Of a DNA stretch of 64,000 nucleotides, positions 25,991-38,963 are shown piece by piece (within the stretch, counting starts at the first letter, position 1; every line of letters starts with the position of its first letter). This DNA comes from Felis catus. Lineage: Eukaryota. The stretch spans positions 32,056,001 to 32,120,000 of the forward strand of contig NC_058368.1 of assembly GCF_018350175.1 (NCBI RefSeq). Reading direction: 5' to 3'. Under the pieces are notes generated by a model, which was not told where the DNA came from, searched no databases, and saw nothing but the letters and a program-made list of their open reading frames with translations. The position numbers and the translations under genes are program-made.

Positions 25991-28862
25991 AGTCTCCTTT
26001 CCTATAAACACAAATTGAAATCTACTTTCCAATATTTGTCATAGTATCACATTGTTGTTTAACATCAGTTTTTGTAACAAAAATAAAAACCTCTAAACTG
26101 TGTGAACCATTTATGAATGACTTCTAAATAAGACTGCATATTGTGCCCATTATTACTTCCTGTATCCTCACTGGAATCACTTAAATATCCTACCACTACT
26201 TTAAAATATGTCTGGAACTGACAACTTGCATTCTTTTATTCCCAATCATAGTCCCTTAGACATTACCTGACATTTGATGTTTATGGTGTGTAATTTTTGT
26301 ATAATTTATAGTATCAAGATCTTGTTTAATAAATATTTTAAATCCAAGCTATTAATAAATTTGGGACACTTTGATTGACATTACCTATTCATGTAAAATA
26401 TGATGGCACCTTTTCTTACGGATTGTAATTTTTTTTGGTATTAACACGCTTTACTCTTCAGATACCTTTTTTTTTTTTGCATGTTATCAATTATGGGTCA
26501 TCTGGGTTGTAACATTTATCCAACATAATCAATAGTATAACTTGATTATTACCTGCCATGAAGTATCTGACTTGGCTACCCCAGGTATTTCTCGAATTTT
26601 TCATTTCCTGTGACATTCTAGTATTGTGTTAAAATGCCGTACCTGTAGACAAAGTTACCTCAAGGAACTTTTCAAGTCCATTTTCTACAGATTGTTAGTT
26701 GAAGTCAGTTGACACAGATCTCTCATTTCTTTAGGTTTTAAATGTGTCATTTTGAGTGATTATTCTATTTGCTGTTATGCACCTACTTTGTGGAACTCAT
26801 CACTACTTATTGACATTCTTTCCTTGGGTAAATTCTAAACTTGAAGCAGATCTCTTGTCACTGACTAGGTTAATGATATAGCTTCAGTGTTTTGTTTTGT
26901 TTTTTTTTAGTTATATGAAGCATTTTAAGAGCCTTTAGGCGGAAGGTTAATATAAATGTATAGGTCATTTAAGGTACATATCTGAGAAAGGATGCTAATG
27001 TTAGTATTGTGAAAAAAATATATCTGGTATTTAAAGTCCATGCAGTAATATATATTCAGTGAATTTTATCTTATCTTCGCAATACTTTACCCCCAAAATG
27101 AAGCAAATATAAATCTCAGCCTGAATAATTAAATAAATGAAATATTAGATTATATTTACATATGAATGTACAATCAAGAGATATTCAAAAGATATACAGG
27201 GGGAATAATCCATTGTGTAGATGATATAGGCTTTTCTTATTATTAATTTCTATATGGTGCACTCAGAAATGAACAAGGGCCAGAATCAGTAAGATACAGC
27301 CTTATGATACTGTTTGAATGAGTTTGAAGCGATCACAATAAATATAAAAGAAACCGAGATACAAATAGTAAGATTTGCTCAAAACTTTGGACTAAACTTC
27401 AGCAGCTTTTGATATTACTGTGTTATATCCATTTGCATAAATATTATTTTTCTGGACAAAAGAAATACACTTTAGTACAGTTTCAATAAAAGCATCATGA
27501 GAATATGCTAGCCATCATGTGGTTGGAGTGTGCAAGGAAAGGTAGCAAACTTGACCATGTTCACATTCATTGTGATGCTAACCTAGATTTACAGACCCAC
27601 AATAAATAGAATATTGTGTTGAAAGTATAAGATTGGGGGTTGGGAAACAGTGGGGAAAAAGAAAATTTAGTGAGAAGAAATGTTTTGCCTGATGAGAAAT
27701 GATAAACATGTTTATTTGTTTAAGGTATTGAATAAAATTTTTGCATCATTCATTTAATGGGGAAAAAAACCTGAACACATGGATTAAGGTAAAATATATG
27801 TATGATCATATAATTCTGCCTAAAATTTCTACTATAGTAAAAGGACATTTAAAAAATTTCTGTAATATAAATGTTGCCTTTTCCCTCTAAGAAAGAAATT
27901 TTATTTTGCATTAATATATATCTTTGAGAACAAGGTTTCATTATTAGCAATATGAGATTCTAGCCTTTTTTTAAAATATTAACAGAAAGACTTGGAAAAA
28001 GGATTATACCAACTCCAGAATTACTGTTATAAAAAAGAAACCTTTGATACCACCTCTTTGTGGTGTTTAGGGCACTAGGAAAAAAAACCAATTTATATAA
28101 ATATGACCTTATTTCTTAACGTGAGTTTATAAATTAGTTTTTGGGGTCATCAGATCTTAACATCTTATATTTCAGAGTAATAAAGTTTGAAAAGATGTCA
28201 ACTATACTTTTACCAAATATCTGACATTCTGATTCTTATTGTTTATTTGGGGTAAGACTGATGTATCAGACTATATATGATCATTTAAACTATTTGAGAA
28301 ATGGAGATTTTAAAACTAACGTAGATCTTCACCTCAAAGATATGGCGAGGTAATTTTAAAATAATCTTGTACCAAATTGACTACATGAAGGTAGTCAGGC
28401 CTATGGTTTTCAGAAGTAAAGACAAGAATACTGGTATATCTGTGCATGTGTGTGTATTGGGTATCTGTGTGTTAAAAAGAAAAATACTATTATATAAATA
28501 TATTTATAAATGTATATATGATATAATGTGTACACACATAGATTGTATACTTAAACATTCTGACATGGCATATGTACATATGTGTGTAAATATGATGTGT
28601 ATATTTATGTCTCTACGTATACTTATTATAAGAACACAGCACACAGATTTGTCATGTTCCACAAGTGATACTTGATTTTGAGAAGATATGTGCAATACTG
28701 AAAACCTTAATAAATGATTACCTCTAGGGTATAGAGAATTTATACAAATCAGTTAGTGGAAAACTTCAATAGAATAAAACTGTTCATTAGTTTCAGAATA
28801 AAATGTTTTAAAATCAGAAATGAGTAAGACTGATGAATACATAGAAAAATTAAAACTTTTCT

Positions 28863-29076
28863 GGCACCTGGGTGGCTCAGTCAGTTAAGCTTCCAAGTTT
28901 GGCTCAGGTCATGATCTCACAGTTGGTGAGTTTGAACCTCACATTGGGCTCTGTGCTGACAGCTCAGAGCCTGGAGCCTGCTTCAGTTTCTGTGTTTCCC
29001 TGTCTCCCTTCCCCTCCCCTGCTCATGCTCTGTCTCTATCTCTCTCAAAAATAAATAAACTTGGAAAAAAAAAAAA
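28863..29076 (+). mobile_element. Can-SINE (inserted in an old L1ME-like fragment)
   Basis: ggcacctgggtggctcagtcagttaag head, CT tract, A-tail. Confidence 0.93.
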
Positions 29077-29269
29077 CTTGTATACACTGCTTGTGTGGAT
29101 CAGTACACTGGTGGATCAATTTCTACAGTCACCTTAAGACAGATTTAGAATTGTCTAGCAAAGTGAAGAGGTTCATATCCTTTAATACTGTAGTTTGGCT
29201 CTTATTTATATACTTAAGATGTAGTAATATATATGCACAGAAAAAATATACATATAATACTATGTACTG

Positions 29270-29342
29270 TTATACTATACTACATACTATATATACTATA
29301 TACCATACTATACTATATACTACAGTACTATAATACTATATA
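29270..29342. repeat. Degenerate (TACTA)n repeat
   Basis: tatactatactacatactatatatactatataccatactatactatatactac... Confidence 0.8.
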
Positions 29343-29378
29343 TTTATACTCATTTATCCTCAATGTAAGATAGATGTA

Positions 29379-31797
29379 TAGTCATACCTCATTTAATTTC
29401 ACTTCTCTTTATTCTTTGCAGATATTGTATTTTTTACAAATTGAAGCCTGTGATAACTCTGCACTAAACAAGTCTATGGGCACCAATTTTCCAACAGGAT
29501 TTGCTCACTTCATATCTCTGTTACATTTTAGTAATTCTTCTAATCTTTCTAACTTTTTCATTATTATTATGTTTCTTATGGTGATCTGTGATCAGTGACC
29601 TTTGAAATTACTGTTGTAATTGTTTTGAGGCACCACAAACGGTACCATGTAAGATGGCAACTTAATTGATAAATGTTGTGTGTCTACAGACTGTTCCACT
29701 GACTGGCCATTCCCCAGTCTCTCCCCATCTGCTTGGGTCTCAATATTCCCTGAGACATGACAATATTGAAATTAGATCAATAACCCACAAATGGCCTCTA
29801 AGTGTTTAAGTGAAAGGAAAAATTACGTCTCTCACTTTAAATCAAAAGCTAGAAATAATTAAGCTTAGTGAAGAAGGCATGTCAAAGCTAAGATATGCAT
29901 GTCAAAAGCAAGGCCTCTTATGCCAAACAGTCAAGATATGAATGCAAAAGAAAATTTCTTAAAGGAAATTAAAAGTGTTACTTCATTGAATACAGGAATG
30001 ATAAGGAAGTAAAACAGACTTACTGCTGATATGGAGAAAGTTTTAGGGGGCTGGATAGAAGATCGAAGCAGCCACAACATTTCCTTAAGCCAAAGCCCAG
30101 TCAAGAGAAAGACTCTAACTCTCTTCAATTCTATGAAGGCAAAGAGGTGAGGAAGCATAACAAAAGTGTGAAGCAAGCAGAGGTTGATTCATGAGGTTAT
30201 GGGAAAGAAGCCTTCTCCATAACATGAAAGTTCAAGATAAAACAGCAAGTGCCACTAAATTATTAGTGGCTACAGCAAGTTATCTAAAAGATCCAGCTAA
30301 AATCTTTAATGAAAGTGACTATACTAAACAGAATTTCAATGTAGACAGAACACACTTCTATTGGAATAAGATGCCATCTGGGACTTTCATAACTGGAGGA
30401 AAGAAGTCAATGCTTGGCTTCAAAGCTTCAAAAGACAGGCTGACTCTCCCGTTAGGTGCTGATAGAGATAGTGACTTGAGGATGAAAACAGTGCTCATTT
30501 ACTGTTCCCAAATCCTAGGCTTTTAAGAATTATGTTAAATCTACTCCATCTGTTCTTCGTAAGTGGGACAAAAAAGCCTGGATGATAGCCTATCTGATTA
30601 AAACATGATCTACTGAATATTTTAAACCCATTGTTGATACCTGCTGTTCAAAAAAAAAAAGTTTTCTTTTTCAAAATATTACTGCTCATTGACAATGTAC
30701 CTGTCCCCCAAGAGCCCTGTTGGGGATATATGACGACATTCATGTTTTCATGGCTGCTAGCACAACATCCATTCTGCAGCCCATAGATCAAGAAGTAATT
30801 TTGACTTTCAAGTCATCTCATTTAAAAAATACATTTTGTATTAGCTGTCATGGGTAGTGATTTTCTGATGGATCTGGACAAAGTAATTTGAGATACTTCT
30901 GGAAAGGATTCACCATACTAGATGCCATTAAGAACATTGGTGACCTCACAGAAAGAGGTCAAATATTGACGTTAACAGGAGTTTGGAAGAAATTGATTCC
31001 ATGTCTTATAGTTAGCTGACTTTGAGGAGTTCAGACCTCAGTGAAGGAGGTAATTGAAGATGTCATGGAAATAGTAAAAGAACTAGAATTAGAAGTGGAG
31101 CCTGAATTGTGACTGAATTGCTGCAATCTCATGATAAAACTTAAACACACAAGGAGCTGCTTCTTCAGGAGGAGCAGAGAAGGTGGTTCTTGAGATGAAA
31201 TCTACTCCTGGTGAAGATGCTGTGATGCTTGTTGAAATGACAGCAAAGGATTTAGAATATTACACTTACTTAGTTGATAAAGCAGCACCAAGGTTTGAGA
31301 GGAATGACTCCCAATTTTGAAAGAAGATCTCCTGCGGGTAAAATGCTGTCAAACAGCATCGCATGTTTGAAATTGTTCATGAAAAGGAGGGTCCATCAAT
31401 GCAACAAACTTCATTGCTGCATTAAGAAATTGCCACAGCCACCTCAACCTTCAGCAGCCATCAACCCTGATCAGTCAGAAGCCGTCAACAATGTGGCTCC
31501 ACCAGAGAAAAGATATGACTGGCTGAAAGCTCAGATGATTGTTAGCCTTTTTTTAGCCACAAATTTTTTTTTGAATTAAGGTCTTTGCATTGTTTTCTCA
31601 GACATAATGCCATTGCACATTTAATAGACTATATAGCATAGTGTAAACATAACTTATTTATATAACACTTACATGGTGGAAGTATAACTTTTATATGCCC
31701 TGGGAAACCAAAAAGTTCATTTGACCTGCTTTATTGCATTATTCACTTTACTGAGGTGGTCTTCAACCAAATCTTTAATATCTCCGATGCATGTCTG
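29379..31797 (+). mobile_element. Full-length Tigger1 (pogo/TcMar) DNA transposon with a disrupted transposase
   Basis: Ends tagtcatacctc... and ...tctccgatgcatgtctg match the recalled Tigger1 TIRs (CAGGCATACCTC / GAGGTATGCCTG); TA on both sides; 2419 bp; ORF 30191-30526 carries FNVDRTHFYWNKMPSGTFI...GFKASKDRLTL, typical of pogo DDE transposases. Confidence 0.95.
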
Positions 31798-32588
31798 TAT
31801 GTATAACTATTATTTTATGCTACCAAGTGTTTAGAGGTAGTGAAATAAACTGTGGAAAAGTAGGACAGAAATTTGCTTTAAAACAAGGGTCATCACTGAG
31901 GAAACATGTATTTGACTTCACATCTAATTGGAAGGAAAATCAAGAGAGAGAAAACACAGGGAATAAAGGCTTAGGCTAATGTGGGATCTAGGTTAAGGGA
32001 CAGATTCAAGAGTAAAGATGTCAAAGTGACTTACAGATATGCTGACATAGGGTAATAATATGTGTAACCTAAGGTAGCAGTAAAAACTCTATTTAATATG
32101 ACCTACTGATTGAATGAGACCTGTTTGAAATACAAGGAAAGTTTGGGACTGTCACTGGAGCTTTGTTTCACTTGCTTACAAATCATGATATATGCAAAAA
32201 AAAAAAAAATGAAATGAGCAAGGAAACTCACAATAAAGAGAAACAGTAAATTATAATACCATACTTGAAATATGGGCATGTGGCTAATTCTTAAATGGAT
32301 TGTAAGGAAAATTTCAATATAAGAAATGATAAGTTGGATGCATTTATAAGATTCGGGGGGAAAGTATTATTCAAGACAAAAAAATTATGTAACAACTTCT
32401 ATTATATCTCAATAAGAGACAAAAATAGTATTTTCTATTTCCAACAGCAACGTAAGTGGGTATTTAATTTGCTTAATCAAATTTTTCATCTACAAACATT
32501 TTATGGTAGGGAATATGGGTTCTTAAGGATGCTTTCAGTATTTCATTGAGCATTTCTGTTTAATACAAATATCTGCAAAGGAGTTGTA

Positions 32589-32807
32589 TTTTTGTGTTTG
32601 TTTATTTTGAGACAGAGAGACAGAGAGAGAGAGAGAGAGAAAGAGAGAAAGAGCAGGAGAGGGGCAGAGAGAGAGAGGGAGAGAATCTCTAGCAGGTTGC
32701 CAACCCGGTGCAGAGCCCAACATTGGGCTCCATCCCATGACCCTAGGTTCATTACCTGAGCCGAAATCGAGTCTAATGCTCAACCAACTGAGCCACCCAG
32801 GAGCCCC
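32589..32807 (-). mobile_element. Older Can-SINE
   Basis: (GA)n tract and SINE head on the minus strand; degenerate TSD aaggagttgtatt / aaggaaatgtatt. Confidence 0.92.
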
Positions 32808-33888
32808 TACGAAGGAAATGTATTAATGAGCTTCCTTCAGTTGCTATAAATAAGTGCATCAAAAAAAAAAAAATTAGGTGCACTCATCTGTTGTATTTAT
32901 GTTACAAAGAAATATTTTAGAGCTAAAGCCAATTAAATTTTCAGTAGCTTATCACAGAAATTACATGAACAGGCAGACCAGTCTGGAATGACTCTACTAA
33001 GGGTGTTTTTAGAATATTTCCAAAAGCATTCTATTACCTGGATTACTATCACTGTGTTAAACTGTGGACCAAAGCAATGCCTTCTTTTTTTAATTTGGGT
33101 ATTTAATTGTTCTTTAACAATTATATTAATATTTTAATTTTCACTCTACTTATTTGTGACATACTAATTCCAAGTATATTTTTATTCATAAGATGCTAAG
33201 TGATAAAGCGTAATACTTAATAATTTCTCTTTAGAAAAGCAAAAAAAAAAAACAAAAAACAAAACTTGAGATCAGCATTTTTTAAACAGATGTTGCCTAT
33301 TCCACTGTACTTCTCAGGTGTGATCATGTTTAGTGTTAACAATCAAGTCATTTATTTATTTATAGCTATAGTTAGCATAAAACTCTAATTTCCTCATAAA
33401 TCTAACTGCTGGGAACAAAAGTGTTCCATGGAAACATTTGCCAAACCAAGGAAGAGCACTCCTCTCTCAGACATGCTGGGATGTGGTGTTGTTTGGGGGA
33501 TGCCTTGTTCTTCAGAGGTACTGCTGTGAACTGGAGTGAATAGGAACAAGTACTGAAGGAAAATTTGAACCATTCTAGAAATGTGTGTTATGCATATATC
33601 TAGACCATTGTTTCTTAAAGTGAAGAAATAGAAGATAAGAGAAAACCACTGGTTAGCGTGACTTACATTTTCACACAATAACACATAGATGTGATCTGAA
33701 TTACTTGTATTTGAATTTCTCATATTCTTATCCCTCTGTACACATTGCTAGGAAGAATCTGTTAATTTGGTGCATCAATTAAAAAAAAAGTAAGTTACTG
33801 TTACTTTTCCCTTTATAATGTTACATAAGCCTGTGGTATAATGGAGTAATAATTTATACAAAAATGTTTTAGTAGCAATGTATCTGTC

Positions 33889-34077
33889 GGGGCATCTGGA
33901 TGGCTCACTCTGTTGAGTGTTGGGCTGTTGATTTCGGCTCAGGTCATGATCCCAGGATCCTGGGATTGAGCCCCACATCAGCTCTGCACTAGGCGTAGAG
34001 CATGCTTGAGATATTCTCTCTCTCCCTCTGCCCCTCTCTCCAGCTCATACTCTCTCTCTAGAGTAAAAAAAAAAAAA
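33889..34077 (+). mobile_element. Older Can-SINE (first of a tandem pair)
   Basis: ggggcatctggatggctcac head, A-tail. Confidence 0.92.
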
Positions 34078-34082
34078 TCTTT

Positions 34083-34277
34083 GGGGCACCTGGGTGGCTC
34101 AATTGGTTAAGAATCCCACTCTTGATTTTGGCTCAAGTCATGATCTCATGGTCGTGAGATCGAGACCCGCGTCAGGCTGTGTACTAACACTGAAGACTGC
34201 TTGGGATTCTCCCTCTGCCTCTCTCTCTGCCCCACCCTCCCTCAAAATAAATAAATAAGTAAATATTTTTGAAAAAA
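34083..34277 (+). mobile_element. Older Can-SINE (second of a tandem pair)
   Basis: ggggcacctgggtggctcaattgg head; the pair is flanked by aatgtatctgt. Confidence 0.92.
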
Positions 34278-34455
34278 AATGTATCTGTGATACTATGGAT
34301 AAATTTATAAATGTTTATGTGTTGAAGCCAAATACATTAATCTGTGGTCATATTTCACATTTCCAGAGGTGAAAAGTCTACCAATCCCAAACAACTTCTT
34401 GTCCTTCTTGCCCTTCGCTTTTTCTTTCTTTCCACACCCCCCCCCCCCCGCTCCC

Positions 34456-34876
34456 ATGGTAAGAACACTAAACATGAGACCTATCCTCTTAAATATTTAA
34501 ATGTCCAATACAGTATTGTTAACTATAGATATGCTGTAAAGAAGATCTCTAGAACATATTCATCTTACATAACTGAAACTTTGTACCCATAGAACAATTC
34601 TCCTTTCCTACTCAGCCTCTGGAAAACAGCATTCTCCTCTCTGTTTCTATGAGTTTGACTATTTTAGATTATCTTATAAAAGTGGAATCATGCAGTATTT
34701 GTTCCTCTGTGACTATTTCATTTTAGCTTTGTGTCCTCCATGTTCATCCATGTTGTTGCCTATGGCAGGATTTCTTTTTTTTTATGTGAAATAATATCCT
34801 ATTGTATGTATATACCACATTTTCTTTAAGCATTCATCTGTTAATAGATATTTAGATTGTTTCCATATTTGGACTA
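34456..34876 (-). mobile_element. Old L1 (L1MA/L1MB-like) 3' end, non-inverted part of a 5'-inverted element
   Basis: Antisense L1 motifs: tctctgtttctatgagtttgact, gtggaatcatgcagtatttg, tatataccacattttcttt. Confidence 0.88.
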
Positions 34877-34880
34877 GGGC

Positions 34881-35202
34881 TGACTGGTATATGAAAAGTA
34901 GTCAACATCAGCAATTATCAGGGAAATGGAAATCAAAATCACAGTGAGATATTACTTTACATCTGTTAGTATGGTTATTATAAAAAACAAAGGGTGTTAA
35001 TGAAGATGTGGAGAAATTAGAACATTTGTACATTGTTAATGAAAATGTAGAATGGTGCAAACACTATAAACAAGAATATGGAGGCTCCTCAAAAAATAAA
35101 AATGGAACTAAACATGATCCTGTTATCCCACTTCTGAGTATATATTCAAAAGATTTCAAATCATGATATCAAAGAGATATCTGTACTCCTATGTTTATTA
35201 CA
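34881..35202 (+). mobile_element. Inverted L1 ORF2 3' segment of the same element
   Basis: Sense L1 motifs: atcagggaaatggaaatcaaaatcacagtgagat...atcccacttctgagtatat...ctcctatgtttattaca. Confidence 0.88.
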
Positions 35203-35731
35203 AAATTTATAGTTTTAATGAAATAAAGAGATTAAGTAATTTACCATTGTGGGTAGTACTCTACATTACTGAGTATGTTTACTCAAAGTCTGTTCATATT
35301 TGCTTATAATTTAGTAATGCACTCTTAAAATTATGGAATTTGAATGGGTACAGGTGCCTGAAATGAGTTAATTTATTTCGACAGTTTTAATAATGGGTAT
35401 GTGTGTGTGTGCTGAGTGGTGTTAAATTAAGTACAGATAGGGATTTGGCATACTATTGAGTTTATTAGATTCACAGACATTAATACATTTATACTTTCTT
35501 ATGAAGAAATTTTATAGCATATAAGTATCACAAAATATATATTTATGAAATTTCAATTATATGTATAAAACTTATCCATAAAATATGAATTTAATAAACC
35601 TCTTAAGTAAATGTATAGAATTAAATAATGTGCAGAATTAATATTTTGTGCAATGTGGAATAAAATACTCAAGTCTTAATTTGAGGCATTCAGTGATGTT
35701 TCAAGTGTTTGGTTAAAAAAGCTCTTTCCTT

Positions 35732-35957
35732 GGGACACCTGGGTGCCTCAGTTGGTTAAGTGGCCAACTCTTGATTTCCACTCAGGTCATGATCTCACAT
35801 GAGCCGTGGAGATCTCTTTGTGAGTTCAAACCCCCCATTGGGCTCTGTGCTGATAGCATAAGCCTGCTTGGGATTCTCTTTCTACCACTCTTTGCTCCTC
35901 TCATGTCTTGTCTCTCTCTCACCCATAAATAAATAAACAAACATACATTAAAAAAAG
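35732..35957 (+). mobile_element. Older Can-SINE
   Basis: Full body; TSD aaaaaagctctttcctt / aaaaaagttatttcctt. Confidence 0.92.
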
Positions 35958-36983
35958 TTATTTCCTTAGTTGAAAAGACAGTTATAATTTATTTTTGAGA
36001 GTATGGGACTTTGACCAAGAAAAAGATTTTAATGCAAACTAAAAAAAATTACACATTATTTCAGGCTACAAATTCCTTTTTTATATAAACGGGAGTTTAT
36101 ATAGGTTTTTTTTTATCCTATGTAGGGAAATTAAGGACCTGCAGATGAAATACTTGAGATCTATTAAGATGGATGTTCTTCTTACAGGTTTATATACCAA
36201 GTAGATACTTCTCAAGCTGATAGGGATATTTTAATTTATTGTCTAACCCCATGCAACCTACTTAGAAAAAATAGAACTAAACATTTCCAATGATTGCACA
36301 AAGCAGGAGGAGGCTTGGCCCTTGTTGTGCTGCTATTTTATACTTGTGCATGGAAAAGATGCACGAAGAACAAAGATAAACAATTTTCATAAGGAAATGT
36401 CAATGCAATCCCTTGTTAGTATTGATTTTAAAAGACTGTGACAGACAGTATCAAGATTTTATATCTCTTCAAAGTATAAAAAAATAAAAAGACCACGTCA
36501 TCTGTTGCAAGAGAGTTGGCATTATAGATGGAAGACAAAATCTGCCATCAACAATTCCATTGACCTACTCCAGAAGTTGAAGTGATATTTAATCCCTATG
36601 ACTCAAAGCATATGTCCAGAATAAGTGACAGACACAGATGTTCACCACTCCTGCTAAACTTTTCAGCCTGCATCTTCTTGTGAAGGGAAAGCAACCAGTA
36701 TCTTTTAACTCCATGTCCAAATTGAAATGAATCCACATAATATTTAGTCATCTCTGATTCTGCTACAGTAATATTCTTTGTTTTGTAATAACATAAATGA
36801 GCTAAGAATTGATTTCTATCTGCTTTCTCAGTAAAATTTCAGCCAGTCATAATGACAAATATGTTATGATCATGGATATTTATGAAGCACCCTGTCAGAA
36901 TAGCATAAGCTTGCATATATCAAAATGTATGTCTGAATATTAAAAGCAATAACTCATGATGACATCTACCCATGTACATTGAT

Positions 36984-37581
36984 TGTGACAATACTGAACT
37001 ACCTGAGGTCTGTGCTCCTGAAAAATAGCCAAAGTTCAGGAAATCATACACCCTCTTGTGTTCTGAGAAAAGGCTCACCTCAAAGGTGAGTCCCATAGGA
37101 CTTAGATAAACACATGTTCACCTATGACAAGGCCAGACAGAGACCACCCAAATTCTTTCTGTTGTAAGTATTTAATTGAAATCTTTGTACTCACTGACCA
37201 ACCTCAACAGAATACCTGCACATTTGACTTAACCAAAGTTACTTAAGCTTCTTTCCCTTGTCACAGGCTCTTGAACATTGACCAACCCTCAGTTTGGGTG
37301 AGAGTGGAATATGGAACAACCTTTCCTTAAGGACACTCTCGAGAATAGACTGGCCTCAGGGAAAGAAATTCCTGCTCAACTGTCCGATCATATCACTGAC
37401 TCATCCTACTTTTGGCCTCATTTATACCTCCTATAAAAGCAAATTCCTTTCTGCTGGACCTTTGAGACACTTGCAGATCTTATTATCAGACATTCTCCCT
37501 ATTCTAAGTCTCTCCCTGGCTGAGATAATTCTTTTGAATAAAATCTTTCCTTAGTTAAGTCCAGATTGGGTTTTTTTGGCA
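36984..37581 (+). mobile_element. Solo LTR, ERV1 class (MER34/MER90/MER110-like)
   Basis: TG...CA bounded ~600 bp; ctataaaag TATA-like site near 37431; aataaa near 37537 followed by tctttccttagttaagtccagatt. Confidence 0.7.
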
Positions 37582-37953
37582 ATCTCTTTTTCTCAGAATA
37601 TTCTTATTGAAGTTAATTTTGAAGTTCTAGCTGCACATATTTGCAAGGTGAAATTCTTAGAATCACATTAAATCTGTCAATCTAGTTTCACACTAATATT
37701 TAACCAAGATATTTTTGCTGTGTTTATTTAAAAATATCAAGTTACTTGATTATTGGTGATTATGTAGTGAATTTAGTATCTGTGGGCCATATAAAAGGAA
37801 AATATTTATGTGATAAATCTATAAAGTCTTTAGAGGTTTTCTAATCAGAGCAATCAAATAATTCCATATGAATAAGAACATCTATTTCAATGAAAACAAG
37901 AGGAAAATAAAAGTAAAATAAAAAGCAATTAATATATATTTATAGTCTCCCTT

Positions 37954-37954
<1 letters not shown>

Positions 37955-37987
<33 letters not shown>

Positions 37988-38050
37988 ATATACTATGTAT
38001 ATATAATATATACATAATACTTATGCATACATAAATATAATATTGATATA
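37955..38050. repeat. (GT)n microsatellite plus AT-rich low complexity
   Basis: Direct inspection. Confidence 0.9.
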
Positions 38051-38055
38051 CCAAA

Positions 38056-38385
38056 TGTTATAGTCTGGATTGTGTCCCCCAAAATTCATATGTTGAAGTT
38101 TTAACTTCTAGCATAACTGTACTTAGAGATAAGGACTTTTGGTAATTAAGGTTAAATGAGATCATATGAGTAGGCCCAAATCGAATAAAACTGATGTCCT
38201 TTTAAGAAAAGGAAAAAGTCCCAGGGATATGTGTGCATGGGGAAAAGACTGTGTGAGGACATTGTGAAAAGGTAGCCATCTGTAAGCCAAGGAGAGAGGC
38301 CTCAGGAGAAATCAAACCTGCCAACACCTTGATCTTGGCCACCTGGTCTGAGGTATTTTCTTGCAGCAGTCCTACAACCTTGCAC
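38056..38385 (+). mobile_element. MaLR solo LTR (MLT1B-like)
   Basis: tgttatagtctggattgtgtcccccaaaattcatatgttgaagt...aagccaaggagagaggcctcaggagaaatcaaacctgccaacaccttgatcttg. Confidence 0.88.
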
Positions 38386-38659
38386 AAAGACTTTAGGAAA
38401 AATTTCATAAACCACAGTTCACAGCCATGGTTTCTTATTGGTTATCAATTAGTAATTTTAGAATCTCTCTCAAATATTAACTTGACAGAAACTAGCCAAC
38501 ATCATTAATGAAAGATTGGATTTACGGTTGGAAGAAACTCTATCTAGGGTTATGTCAGAAATTCTCCTTTTCAAGGAATGGAAGAAGCAGCATCATTTGG
38601 CCATATTATGGCCATATTCTGTAGCACATTGCCTAACTCACATACCAGTGTTGCTGCCT

Positions 38660-38810
38660 ATTTACTGGATGATCTTCAACAGGTCACTTAATCTCATTGT
38701 TCCTCAATTAATAGTTAAATGGTGACAGTAATAGTACCTAACTATAGGTTATTATAAACATTTATAAGAAGATACATATAAAGAGCTTAGAACACATTGT
38801 TTCTGGCACT
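38660..38810 (+). mobile_element. MIR fragment
   Basis: aggtcacttaatctcattgttcctcaatt...gtaatagtaccta...taaagagcttagaaca. Confidence 0.65.
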
Positions 38811-38874
38811 TGAAAATTTCTCACTCAATCTTAACTCACCCTCCCCTCTCTCACTTTCTACCCTCCCACCTCGC

Positions 38875-38877
<3 letters not shown>

Positions 38878-38933
<56 letters not shown>

Positions 38934-38963
38934 CGTGTGTGTGTGCTTGTGCACACACACACA
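38878..38963. repeat. (CT)n / (GT)n / (CA)n compound microsatellite
   Basis: Direct inspection. Confidence 0.92.

Noticed and set aside
30191..31579. Transposase-like ORFs as a domesticated TIGD-type gene
   Set aside because: Fragmented by stops and frameshifts, inside a TIR-bounded Tigger1.
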